The notes: a model not told the origin generated them from the letters alone. DNA of 32,000 bases from Erysipelothrix larvae (GCF_001545095.1 NZ_CP013213.1:1770001-1802000); one strand, 5' to 3'; positions 11,440 through 20,507 are shown, numbered from the stretch's first letter. A program made the numbers and translations.

Positions 11440-13168
11440 AGATTTCCATCTCCTTTTCATTAAATTGTGAGCGCGCGATTTCAAGGTAAACTTCACACGT
11501 CTTCATCAGTTCTTTGTGTGTGCCTTGGCCTACAATCTCACCTTCATTGAGTACGATAATATGATCAGCATCAAGGATTGAACTGATGCGTTGCGCAACC
11601 ACAAACACAATGGAATCTTGTGTAATGGGTTTAATGTTTTTACGTATTTGAACATCAGTCTTATAATCAAGTGCTGAGAATGAATCATCAAAGACATAGA
11701 TTGCGGGTTTTCTGACAAGCGCACGCGCAATGCTGAGACGTTGTTTTTGTCCGCCTGAAAGGTTTGATCCCCCTTCACTCACCCATGTATCAAAGCCTTG
11801 TTCTTTGGATTGAATGAATTCAAGGGCCGATGCCATGGTACTTGCTTCAATCACTTGTTCTAAACTGGCATCTTTTTTACCATAGCGAATATTGTCTGCA
11901 ATACTGCCACTAAAGAGATTTGTGCGTTGTGAGATAAACCCAAAGTGTGAGCGAAGACCATTTAATTCATAGTCTTTGACATCCACTCCGTTGAGTTCAA
12001 CACTGCCTTCTTTGGTATCATAAAACCGAACCATAAGATTCATAATGGAGCTTTTACCACTTCCGGTTGAACCAATGAAGGCAACCATTTGACCTTGATG
12101 GGCTTTAAAGCTAATGTGTTGAAGAACGTTTTTTTCACTATCTGGATAGCCAAAGGTTACATCCTTAAATTCAAGGGTAAGTGGGCCAGACAGATTGTTG
12201 AGGCCTGTCGTACTGTTGATGATTTCTTCAGGTGCATCTAAGATTTCTTGAAGCCGTGCTGCACTGACTTGTGCGCGTGGGTACATAATAAAGACCGTCG
12301 CAAACAGCATCAATGAATACAATGCATGGAATTGATATTCTAAGAATGCGACCAAGGTTCCGACATTAAAGCTTGCATCACGAATCATATAGGTTGCGTA
12401 AATAAAGATTACAATCACCACCATATGGAGGATAAAGAAGAAGGTAGGCTCGGTCATGGACATGAGTCTAAAGAGTTTCTTTGAAGTATCGGCATATGCT
12501 TTGTTTTCGTGTGCAAAGCGGTGTGTTTCATAATCATCACTTCGAAATGCACGAATGACACGCACACCGGTAATGTTTTCACGGGTGATGCGGTTGATTT
12601 TATCAAGAAGTCCTTGTTGTTTTGTACTAAGTGGTTTTGATAGCTTAGAGATGGTAAACACCACAAGCAAGATTACAGGAATACTGAGTACATTAATAAT
12701 CGCAAGTTTAGAACTTGAGTTAAACATCAAGAAGAAACTGGTTGCGACCATAATCGGTGTAATCAATCCCATTCTCAGGATCATTTGGGTAAAGAGTGTG
12801 AGTTGGTATGCATCATTCACAATACGGGTAATCATGGAAGAGATTCCCAGATTGTTGTATTGCGCATGTGAAATACGTTGTGTTTTGTCAAACACATCGG
12901 TGCGGATATCCCGTGTCATATAGGTAGAAAAGCGTGTGGATGTGTAGTTAAGTAATACACTTCCAACCCCTCCAATGATGGCACAGGCAAATAAAAAGAA
13001 CCCTAATCGTGATAAAGCGTCTTTATCTTGGCCTAAGATCCCTTGATCAATCATCATCCCTGTTATTGTTGGAATTCCTAACTCAACCAATACGAATGAC
13101 AAAACCGCTATGAAGTTAAGAATCATCAACCCTTTATATTTTTTTACATATCTTAATATTAACGACAT
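11432..13168 (-). CDS. ABC exporter fused permease/ATPase, subunit carrying the degenerate ATPase site
   Basis: 578 aa. Walker A is GSTGSGKSS. The signature LSGGQKQR is canonical. Walker B is IYVFDDSFSALD, with Asp in place of the catalytic Glu. SD is AAAGGAAGG. Confidence 0.85.
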   Translation of the reverse strand: MSLILRYVKKYKGLMILNFIAVLSFVLVELGIPTITGMMIDQGILGQDKDALSRLGFFLFACAIIGGVGSVLLNYTSTRFSTYMTRDIRTDVFDKTQRISHAQYNNLGISSMITRIVNDAYQLTLFTQMILRMGLITPIMVATSFFLMFNSSSKLAIINVLSIPVILLVVFTISKLSKPLSTKQQGLLDKINRITRENITGVRVIRAFRSDDYETHRFAHENKAYADTSKKLFRLMSMTEPTFFFILHMVVIVIFIYATYMIRDASFNVGTLVAFLEYQFHALYSLMLFATVFIMYPRAQVSAARLQEILDAPEEIINSTTGLNNLSGPLTLEFKDVTFGYPDSEKNVLQHISFKAHQGQMVAFIGSTGSGKSSIMNLMVRFYDTKEGSVELNGVDVKDYELNGLRSHFGFISQRTNLFSGSIADNIRYGKKDASLEQVIEASTMASALEFIQSKEQGFDTWVSEGGSNLSGGQKQRLSIARALVRKPAIYVFDDSFSALDYKTDVQIRKNIKPITQDSIVFVVAQRISSILDADHIIVLNEGEIVGQGTHKELMKTCEVYLEIARSQFNEKEMEIYG

Positions 13169-13214
13169 AAAAACCTTCCTTTCGCATAACTATACATATG
13201 TTTCCAGTAGTGGT

Positions 13215-13245
13215 ATCATAAGGTATAAGGTAACATTACAGTCAA
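13215..13245 (-). promoter_or_regulatory. MerR-type promoter (TTGACT - 19 nt - TATGAT) for the ABC exporter operon
   Basis: On the minus strand the -35 TTGACT is at 13245..13240, the 19-nt spacer GTAATGTTACCTTATACCT at 13239..13221 and the -10 TATGAT at 13220..13215. The spacer contains the dyad GTAA-TG-TTAC and, with the two adjoining -10 bases, a tandem ACCTTAT ACCTTAT (plus-strand ATAAGGT at 13218-13231). It lies about 47 nt upstream of ATG 13168 and directly beside the divergent MerR gene. Confidence 0.6.
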
Positions 13246-13254
13246 GGAGAAAGT

Positions 13255-14070
13255 ATGAAACATAAACTTACAACCGGTGCATTTGCGAAACTGACGAATA
13301 TTCCAAAACATGTCCTCTTTTACTATGATGACATTGATTTGTTTAAGCCGCAAATCGTGGATGAAAATGGATACCGTTATTATGATTATCATCAGTATTA
13401 TTTATTATCAGCCATTCGTTTCTTAAAACAAACAGGCATGTCATTAAAAGATATTAAGGAATTTCTGGATACACGTTCTTTGGATAACCTTAAAATTGTG
13501 TTGGAGTCTCAACAGAAAACACTCCATGATGAGATTGAAGCCCTCCAACAAAAACAGCGCTTTATTGAGCATACATTACAAATGATGGATGCATCAGTTG
13601 ATTTGGAGTACAATACCTGTCGTATTGAACAAAGACAGCGCGGCTATGTGGTACAAAGTCAATTCCCACATCCCCTTGATTTCGGTCACTTTGTTGAGAA
13701 TTACAGTCATTTCATTAAAACCTATAAACTTCAATATACGAATTATATTGGCATTACCATTCGCACTGAAGATATTCGCAATAATATCTTTGATACTTAC
13801 AGACAGTATTATTTTATGAGCTTTGATGAAAATGATTCACGCATTAACCATATCCGAGAAAGTGGCCACTACTTGGTGTTGTATCATAAGGGAAATCCCA
13901 GTGATCTGGATCAGGCCTATAAAACAATCATCGCATATGCAGACACACATCACCTGACCTTGAGTGATACCCTATATGAAATGCCACTTCAGTCAGAATT
14001 GACCGTTAAGAACATTCACGAGTTTATTACGGAAATATCCGTACGGATTGTTGAAGGAGAAACACAATGA
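13255..14070 (+). CDS. MerR-family transcriptional regulator with a C-terminal GyrI-like/effector-binding domain (BmrR-like architecture)
   Basis: 271 aa. The MerR HTH is [27 protein letters not shown]...[10 protein letters not shown], followed by a coiled-coil ([17 protein letters not shown]) and a C-terminal domain of about 150 aa. SD AAGGAG lies 5 nt upstream of the ATG. Confidence 0.8.
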   Translation: MKHKLTTGAFAKLTNIPKHVLFYYDDIDLFKPQIVDENGYRYYDYHQYYLLSAIRFLKQTGMSLKDIKEFLDTRSLDNLKIVLESQQKTLHDEIEALQQKQRFIEHTLQMMDASVDLEYNTCRIEQRQRGYVVQSQFPHPLDFGHFVENYSHFIKTYKLQYTNYIGITIRTEDIRNNIFDTYRQYYFMSFDENDSRINHIRESGHYLVLYHKGNPSDLDQAYKTIIAYADTHHLTLSDTLYEMPLQSELTVKNIHEFITEISVRIVEGETQ

Positions 14071-14585
14071 ATTCACGATTTATACCTGGTATGCGCATCA
14101 TTAAAACAGCGATTGCGATTTTGATTACCTTATTGATTACATATTTCTTAAACTATGACACGCCTATACAAGCAGCCATTGCCTGTGTCATTGTCATGAA
14201 AACTACCCCTGAACAATCCTATCGAACAAGCATTCATCGTTTGGCAGGGACCCTTTTAGGGGGTGTGATTTCATTAATTGCTATACAAGCATTGATTACT
14301 TTAAAGGTTGATGAGAACTCACTGTTAGCGATGGTTCTCTTTGCCTTTTCAACGATGATTGGGCTATATTTGTGTAAACTGTTTAATCTTCCAGAATATG
14401 TTGCATCGATGACCGGGATTGTGATTCTAGTCACCTTACTATCATTTGGCAGTTCCAACAACAATGCCTTATTCTATGTCATCAATCGCATGATTGAAAC
14501 CTTTGTCGGGGTTGTGATCGCATCCCTTGTGAATCGATATATTGGCTATAACAAAAACACCCTCGATCAAGAGGATGATTTGTAA
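14067..14585 (+). CDS. Short FUSC/aromatic-acid-exporter (ArAE_1/UPF0421)-like membrane protein
   Basis: 172 aa with about 4-5 TM helices. The N-terminus is [20 protein letters not shown]...[16 protein letters not shown]. The start overlaps the MerR stop (ATGA at 14067-14070). Confidence 0.55.
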   Translation: MNSRFIPGMRIIKTAIAILITLLITYFLNYDTPIQAAIACVIVMKTTPEQSYRTSIHRLAGTLLGGVISLIAIQALITLKVDENSLLAMVLFAFSTMIGLYLCKLFNLPEYVASMTGIVILVTLLSFGSSNNNALFYVINRMIETFVGVVIASLVNRYIGYNKNTLDQEDDL

Positions 14586-14614
14586 TTCATTGATTCATTT
14601 GATGATCGGATTAT

Positions 14615-14638
14615 AAGAGGCTTTACAGCCTTTTTTTT
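14615..14638 (+). terminator. Rho-independent terminator after the MerR/FUSC-like pair
   Basis: Core stem AGGCT (14618-14622), loop TTAC, then AGCCT (14627-14631). The stem can be extended with one G-U pair, and it is followed by a T-run to 14638. Confidence 0.55.
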
Positions 14639-15000
14639 GTCCAATTCTCATTTGTTTGTTCTTTGTTATTGCTAAAGAAACACCATCTCCCCCATTTATC
14701 TTTCTGGATTTCTTCTCACACCATATCAATAAGTCTATCAGGATCTTGGGCATCTGTTATAGCTTATACATAGCACACTACACGATGTTTGTGATTGGTA
14801 TTATTTGTGACTGTAGTTTGGGATAATGGTTACGCGATGTTTTTTGAATTGGATCAAACAACACTCGAACCCTTTAAAAAAGAATCGGATGATTGCATGC
14901 ATAATACCTGTCAATTCTTGCGATTCTTTTTGTGCTTCTAATCTTAGTTAGAAGAATCAAATCTACCTTCAGTTTCTCTAAATGAAAAAGGAGGGTCCTT

Positions 15001-15361
15001 ATGAATCCAAAATGGTACACGATGCAGTATGAAACACTTGAATGGAAATTGCGTATCAACAGATGTTTCTACCCTTATTGAACATTGGGAAACGATCATT
15101 GAAAAACGAAAAACATCATCAATATGGAAACTCTTATATCTAATTGTCGGACAGCCAGTAATTAACTTAAAGTATTTAGAATCTAAAATCGGTATTTCAT
15201 TACGTGCATCAAACATATTGATGAAACGTGCTAAAGAATATGGAATACTATGACCAATAGGTAATGAAAAACGCGGTATGTTTTATCAGTCCGATGCGAT
15301 TATTTCCATCATGGAACCAACTTCATCAGAAGAGACCATCCGTCGTAATTTCCAACGATAA
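15001..15361 (+). pseudogene. Remnant resembling the C-terminal winged-helix region of a Fic-family protein; frameshifted and stop-interrupted
   Basis: A strong SD (AAAGGAGGG) lies 5 nt before ATG 15001, and that frame stops after 26 codons. The +1 frame continues as ...STLIEHWETIIEKRKTSSIWKLLYLIVGQPVINLKYLESKIGISLRASNILMKRAKEYGIL, hits TGA at 15251, then reads PIGNEKRGMFYQSDAIISIM... to TAA at 15361. The family assignment is from remembered sequence patterns only. Confidence 0.35.
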
Positions 15362-15702
15362 CATGATAGTGCCGTTTATCTTTTTTAAAGAGCATGATAC
15401 TTCAATTTACCATCTGTAATTATGCCACTTGATGTGTAACAATGTTTTGTAAAGAAACTTTGATATCTTCAAACCTAGGTCAACAAAAACCCAATAAAAT
15501 GTCCATCTATTTCTTCATTATGTTTTACTAAGTGTGGGAAAGCTTTCTTTATAACACTGGTGGTTCATTAAATCTATACATTTCTATTTAGCATTCTCCA
15601 TCACGCAAATACACAGTTAGTAAAATTATGGATAGTACGCTATCAAATATAGGGTGGATATCAATTTGATATTCCTTAGTAAGTGTGTGCGAATCAGAAT
15701 TA

Positions 15703-15737
15703 GAAAAAAAGAAACACTTAGCATAAAATGTTTCTTT
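15703..15737 (-). terminator. Rho-independent terminator of the sugar ABC operon
   Basis: 9-bp stem AAAGAAACA (15708-15716) / TGTTTCTTT (15729-15737) with a 12-nt loop. On the minus strand the stem runs directly into TTTTTTTCTA, the first three U's of which lie within the 3' arm. Confidence 0.6.
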
Positions 15738-15747
15738 TGAGTTCTTA

Positions 15748-16740
15748 TTAATCTTTGTTTCGTTTGATGAGGCGTTGTAATACAACTGCGGTCAGAATTA
15801 ACAGTCCTTTGATCAGGTCGTTTACAAATGCTGGAACACCAAATGATGTCAGGATTGTACTGATTGATTGTAGGATGATTGCACCAAAGAATGTTCCTTG
15901 AACAAATCCTTTACCACCTGACATGGATACACCACCAATTGCGACTGCAGCAATTGCATCGGTTTCCATAGCACGTGCAGCAGTTGCGGTATCAACCGCA
16001 CCCATTTGTGCGATAAAAAGAAACGCCGCTAAACCTGATAACATCCCAGACAATCCGTATACGATAATTTGAATGTTTGAAACTTTAACCCCTGTTAACA
16101 GTGTTGCTTTTGCATTTGAACCCACTGCATAGATGTATCGTCCGAGTTTTGTTTTAGTAAGTAATACCCATACTAAGAATGTAGTGAAGATAAAAATGAG
16201 AACAAGGTAAGGAATTCCAAACAGTTGACCATATCCAATGTATCGAAACAATTGGGTATATACTTCATGTTTTGTGACAAGTGGACCCCCTTGACCCAGT
16301 TGAATGGTTAGGGATCGATAGGCTGCTAGGGTTGCTAGTGAGACAACAAATCCTGCAATACCCAGTTTCCCTACAAAAAAGCCATTAAAAAGTCCTAGGA
16401 TTAATCCAAATGCAAGACAAACAAGGAGCGTTAGCAATACATTTTCTGTGCGATTAAATACTATGACACCAACCGATCCTGCAAATGCAAGCATGGAGCC
16501 AACGGATAAATCTATTTGTCCTATAAGAATGACCAATGTCATCCCTAATGCGAGTACCCCAAGAATCGATGCGGATCGCATCATGATCATCACATTTGAG
16601 AACCTGAGGAAGTTTGGATTTGCAAATCTTCCGACAATGACCAGTGCAATCAGTGAAAATATATAGTTATGGTTTCGTACAATATTCCCCATAAACTCTT
16701 TGATATCGAATAATTCTTTGTCTCCTTTAGTTTTTAACAT
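15748..16740 (-). CDS. Sugar ABC transporter permease (RbsC/branched-chain-type BPD_transp_2 family)
   Basis: About 10-TM protein with RbsC-like segments (GQIDLSVGSMLAFAG, GGVSMSGGKG). The start is set to ATG 16740 (MLKTKGDK), a 14-nt overlap with the ATPase stop. The track start at 16785 lies deep inside the ATPase gene. Confidence 0.8.
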   Translation of the reverse strand: MLKTKGDKELFDIKEFMGNIVRNHNYIFSLIALVIVGRFANPNFLRFSNVMIMMRSASILGVLALGMTLVILIGQIDLSVGSMLAFAGSVGVIVFNRTENVLLTLLVCLAFGLILGLFNGFFVGKLGIAGFVVSLATLAAYRSLTIQLGQGGPLVTKHEVYTQLFRYIGYGQLFGIPYLVLIFIFTTFLVWVLLTKTKLGRYIYAVGSNAKATLLTGVKVSNIQIIVYGLSGMLSGLAAFLFIAQMGAVDTATAARAMETDAIAAVAIGGVSMSGGKGFVQGTFFGAIILQSISTILTSFGVPAFVNDLIKGLLILTAVVLQRLIKRNKD

Positions 16741-18235
16741 CTTGGTTCTCCTTTTTGTTTGCACCTGTTGAATAATACATGACATTCATTTCCGTAATGT
16801 CATCTTCATGAAGAATTCGGTTGATTTCACCGCGATACATTACGATACATCGGTGTGATATTTTTTGAATCTCTGGGATCTCAGAACTAAATACAATGAT
16901 GCTTTTTCCTTCATCGGCAATCTTTGATATGAGTTCATAGATTTCACCCTTAGCACCAACATCGATGCCTTGTGTTGGGTTGTCAAGGATATATAAATCG
17001 TTATCCAGTTCAAACCAACGGGCGAAGATGACTTTTTGTTGGTTTCCACCTGATAAGGATGTAATCCCAGCTTTATGCGATTCAGCTTTAATCGAGAAGA
17101 TTTCTTTGTTTCTTTCAAACCGTTGTTTCTCAATGCTACTTGATATGAGCCTTTTATGATGACGGAAGCGATAGTATGGGATGGATAGATTATCACTGAT
17201 ATTCATATCTTTGATGACGGATCGATCTTTTCGATCACGAGGTACCATTGATACCCCATTTTTAATCATTTTTGGTATCGTTATTTTACCAATCTGTTCC
17301 CCATTTATTTCAATTCTTCCCGAGTCAATGGCGCGTGCACCAAAGAGGGCTTCACTCAATTCACCCCGTCCATCTCCAAATAATCCAGTAATCGAAACAA
17401 CTTCACCCTTTTTAACATCAAAGCTAATATTATTAAAGTAGGGTTTGGCACTGAGCCCTTCTACTTTAAATATAACCGCATCTTGGACGCCCTTACTTAC
17501 ATAGGATTGATCATGATTCATAGCTTTTCCAACCAATAACTCAGTAGCGATTTTTTCATTGATCTCATGGATCTTCCCTTCTTGGATAAAGGTACCATCT
17601 CTTAATACAACATAGTCGTCGCAGATTTCAAAGATTTCTGGCATTTTATGAGAAATATAAATACATGAAATATTGTCTTCTTTAAAGTTTCGCATGAGTT
17701 CAAATAAGATTTTTATTTCCTTATCGGTTAATGCGGTTGTGGGCTCATCAAAAATTATGACACGACTTTCATACAACAATGCTTTCGCGATTTCTACCAG
17801 TTGTTTTCGAGATGTATCGATGTCTTTCACAAATGCTTCAGGATCAATGTCAATCTTCATGCGTTTAAAGACATCTTTGGACCTTTTTATCATTTCCTTT
17901 TTATCCAATAGACCCATTTTTGTCAGTTCATGATTTAAAAATAGGTTCTCATATACTTTTAAATCATTCACCAAGTTAAGTTCTTGATGGATAAAACTAA
18001 TGCCAAGTTTAAACGTTTCGTCGGTGTTTAAACTTGTATATCTTTTGCCATCGATTTCAATTGTTCCAGACGTTGGTGCGAAAACCCCACCTAAAATATT
18101 CATCAATGTAGATTTCCCTGCCCCATTCTCTCCAAGTAGTCCTAGTATACTGCCTTGTTGTACACTAAAGCTCACACCTTTGAGGGCTTGTGTTGCACCA
18201 AATTGTTTTACGATATTATCAAACGTTATTTTCAT
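16727..18235 (-). CDS. Sugar ABC transporter ATP-binding protein with duplicated NBDs (RbsA/MglA-type)
   Basis: The first NBD is canonical: Walker A GENGAGKST, Walker B VIIFDEPT. In the second NBD the Walker A position is degenerate (GLFGDGRGE), the signature is LSGGNQQK and Walker B is LYILDNPTQGID. The start is set to ATG 18235 (MKITFDN), with SD AAAGGGTGA 6 nt upstream. Confidence 0.85.
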   Translation of the reverse strand: MKITFDNIVKQFGATQALKGVSFSVQQGSILGLLGENGAGKSTLMNILGGVFAPTSGTIEIDGKRYTSLNTDETFKLGISFIHQELNLVNDLKVYENLFLNHELTKMGLLDKKEMIKRSKDVFKRMKIDIDPEAFVKDIDTSRKQLVEIAKALLYESRVIIFDEPTTALTDKEIKILFELMRNFKEDNISCIYISHKMPEIFEICDDYVVLRDGTFIQEGKIHEINEKIATELLVGKAMNHDQSYVSKGVQDAVIFKVEGLSAKPYFNNISFDVKKGEVVSITGLFGDGRGELSEALFGARAIDSGRIEINGEQIGKITIPKMIKNGVSMVPRDRKDRSVIKDMNISDNLSIPYYRFRHHKRLISSSIEKQRFERNKEIFSIKAESHKAGITSLSGGNQQKVIFARWFELDNDLYILDNPTQGIDVGAKGEIYELISKIADEGKSIIVFSSEIPEIQKISHRCIVMYRGEINRILHEDDITEMNVMYYSTGANKKENQDVKN

Positions 18236-18253
18236 TGTTATCACCCTTTAGAA

Positions 18254-18287
18254 GAAAGAGGTTAACCAGGATTGATTAACCTCTTTT
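18254..18287 (-). promoter_or_regulatory. Strong intercistronic hairpin between the binding-protein gene and the ATPase gene
   Basis: Perfect 10-bp arms AAGAGGTTAA (18256-18265) / TTAACCTCTT (18276-18285), extendable by 1-2 pairs, with a 10-nt loop. On the minus strand the hairpin is followed by TCTTCTAAAGGG, which is only partly U-rich. Confidence 0.5.
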
Positions 18288-18299
18288 GCACACAATCTG

Positions 18300-19277
18300 T
18301 TAGCTTCCCCAACCTTCAAATTCTGAGTAGTTTGTCTTGTCTACTGCTTTAGTAGGAATGAGGTATTGCGCAGGTACATCTTTTCCGTTAAGATAATCGA
18401 TTGCGATTCGTACTGATTCTACAACCATGTTTGGATTAAATGTATATGTTACAACATCAATGCCTTGATCAGCATAATATTGAATCTTACCTAAGAGTTC
18501 TTTTGGTTCAGAGACTGCAGATACAATCTTAACCTTATGTGTTCCTGTGTAACCTTCAAGTGCTGTTAAGATACCCAATGCAACTTCTGCATCGTGTGTA
18601 AAGATCGCATCCAGTGTTTCAAACTCAGGGGTACCCATGAATTCTTCCATGAATTTTTGTCCGTTTGAACGTTGCCAATCTGTACTCCACTCATTGAGTT
18701 TCTTGAATTTACCATCAATTGTTTCTGCAAATCCTTCGCTACGTTGACGTGGTACAGAGGAGTTGTCACCAAGAAATTCAATATAGTTGATTGATTCAAC
18801 CGATGAATCTTCAAGTTCATTCTTGAAATAGTTATTGAAGTATAGCCCTGTTTGTCTTCCAATTTCGACATTATCACCCATTACTTCTGAGACTTGGTCA
18901 AAGCCATCAAGAAGTCTATCATAAATAACAACAGGAATCTTTGCATCTACAAATGCTTGTGCAGCGGATTTCAACGTGTCATCATGTGGCCATAAGACTA
19001 CAATGTCTGGTGCTTCTGCAACAATTTGAGCAACTTGAGCTGCTTGTTCTGTTGCGTTTGCTGATGTCACAACTTTATAGTCCATGTCGTTTTCTTCAGC
19101 AAGTTTCTTTGTGCCTGTCTGTGCATCGCTCACACTTTGCCCAGTAAATCCGTGTGTTGCATTTGGGGTCATCACAACGATTGATTTCTTACCATCGTTG
19201 GTATCACCTTGACTACCACAAGCTGTTAAGCCTACAGCAACCAATACTATCAATAATACGCTCAATAATCTTTTCAT
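18300..19277 (-). CDS. Sugar ABC transporter substrate-binding lipoprotein (RbsB/Peripla_BP_4-like)
   Basis: 325 aa. The signal peptide carries a lipobox: MKRLLSVLLIVLVAVGLTAC-GSQG. SD GGAGGG lies 4 nt upstream. It sits in an operon with the RbsA/RbsC-type components. Confidence 0.8.
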   Translation of the reverse strand: MKRLLSVLLIVLVAVGLTACGSQGDTNDGKKSIVVMTPNATHGFTGQSVSDAQTGTKKLAEENDMDYKVVTSANATEQAAQVAQIVAEAPDIVVLWPHDDTLKSAAQAFVDAKIPVVIYDRLLDGFDQVSEVMGDNVEIGRQTGLYFNNYFKNELEDSSVESINYIEFLGDNSSVPRQRSEGFAETIDGKFKKLNEWSTDWQRSNGQKFMEEFMGTPEFETLDAIFTHDAEVALGILTALEGYTGTHKVKIVSAVSEPKELLGKIQYYADQGIDVVTYTFNPNMVVESVRIAIDYLNGKDVPAQYLIPTKAVDKTNYSEFEGWGS

Positions 19278-19340
19278 AGGTCCCTCCTTTATTGATCGTG
19301 CTATGGTCTCTATTATGAAATTGATGTCATGCTTAAAACG

Positions 19341-20498
19341 TCATTCCATGTCAATCCAACGTTTTTCCTTGCTACTTTGAAGGCTTGCTTCAACCAATTT
19401 CATTAAGGTATGCCCTGTTTCAAAATCCACATAACTCTGTGAATCGTTATGGCCATCATTTCTGATATCTTCATAGAATTCTGAAATTGAATTCTTAAAG
19501 GCATCAGCCCACCCCACTGCGTGTCCATTTGGCAGTGATATAAAGCGTCTTAAGGATGGGTCAATATATTTTGGATCTGCGTACAATTCTTCATTGCCAG
19601 ACGCTCGATTTCCAATGATCAATCGGTCTGCTCTTTCTTGATGCCACGATAGTGAGTGTTTTGAGCCACTTACAACCAGTTCGACACCATTCTTATAGCC
19701 TCCGGTTACTTGAGATATATCCATTGAAACCTTGATCCCACTTTCCAGTTGGACAAGGATAAAGGCTGCATCTTCATTCACAACATCAACCTCAGTCACT
19801 GTATCACCATATTCTAAGGCAAAGGTTTCACCGGTTTGTTCACGTTTCTTTCGTGTGGGGTAGACAATCATTAAATCTGCAAAGACTTTCACGATTTTCT
19901 CACCATAGACAAATTGAATTAAGTCAAAGAGATGGGTTCCGATATCCGCAACCGATCGCGATGGTCCAACTTTACTTGGATCAAAATGCCAATCATAATC
20001 TGTATCAAACATCAACCAATCTTGTATATACTGTGCTTGCCCTAATAATGGGGTTCCAATCATGCCTGAACTGATGCGATGTTTCATTTCTCGAATCATT
20101 ACATTGCTTCTGTAATTTAAATTGACCGCAGTATAGACTGAGTGTTTGCGTGCAAGCTCTTTAAGTTCGTTTGACTCAAGGGTTGTTAAGGATAAGGGTT
20201 TCTCACAAAATACATTCAACCCTGCTTCAACACATTGTTTTGCCATTGGATAATGAAGGAAGTTAGGGGTACAAATATGGACCACGTCAATACCGTCCAT
20301 GTTCAACATGTCATCAATGCTTGTAAAGTAATGGTCAATGCCATAGGACTCTGCCGCACGTTTTGCACTTTCTCCATTGGGTTCAACTAAAGCAACCACT
20401 TGTGTATTGGGGATACGATGAATTGCTTCTATGTGTTGTTTTCCAATAAAACCAACCCCAACGACTGCTGCTTGTATCTTTTTTGAAATAATAACCAC
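19341..20498 (-). CDS. Gfo/Idh/MocA-family NAD(P)-dependent oxidoreductase
   Basis: 385 aa. The N-terminal Rossmann motif is AAVVGVGFIGKQH and the EKP motif is VFCEKPL. The start codon is uncertain: GTG 20498 is only 1 nt from the SD (see findings). Confidence 0.8.
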   Translation of the reverse strand: MVIISKKIQAAVVGVGFIGKQHIEAIHRIPNTQVVALVEPNGESAKRAAESYGIDHYFTSIDDMLNMDGIDVVHICTPNFLHYPMAKQCVEAGLNVFCEKPLSLTTLESNELKELARKHSVYTAVNLNYRSNVMIREMKHRISSGMIGTPLLGQAQYIQDWLMFDTDYDWHFDPSKVGPSRSVADIGTHLFDLIQFVYGEKIVKVFADLMIVYPTRKKREQTGETFALEYGDTVTEVDVVNEDAAFILVQLESGIKVSMDISQVTGGYKNGVELVVSGSKHSLSWHQERADRLIIGNRASGNEELYADPKYIDPSLRRFISLPNGHAVGWADAFKNSISEFYEDIRNDGHNDSQSYVDFETGHTLMKLVEASLQSSKEKRWIDME

Positions 20499-20507
20499 GC
20501 TCCTTAC

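Noticed and set aside
11440-11496. Longer N-terminal extensions offered by the ORF track (ABC subunit from 11496, permease from 16785, EIIC from 8205, LacI from 20691, ATPase from 18244)
   Set aside because: The extended starts lack SD sites or lie deep inside the preceding gene. Internal ATGs with proper SD spacing, and short ATGA-type overlaps, give the expected family N-termini.
15251-15253. In-frame TGA inside the Fic-like remnant as possible evidence for TGA=Trp (genetic code 4) or selenocysteine
   Set aside because: Every other gene in the window is intact under the standard bacterial code, and several use TGA as a functional stop (for example 550-552 and 14068-14070). The same remnant is also frameshifted, so decay is the simpler explanation.
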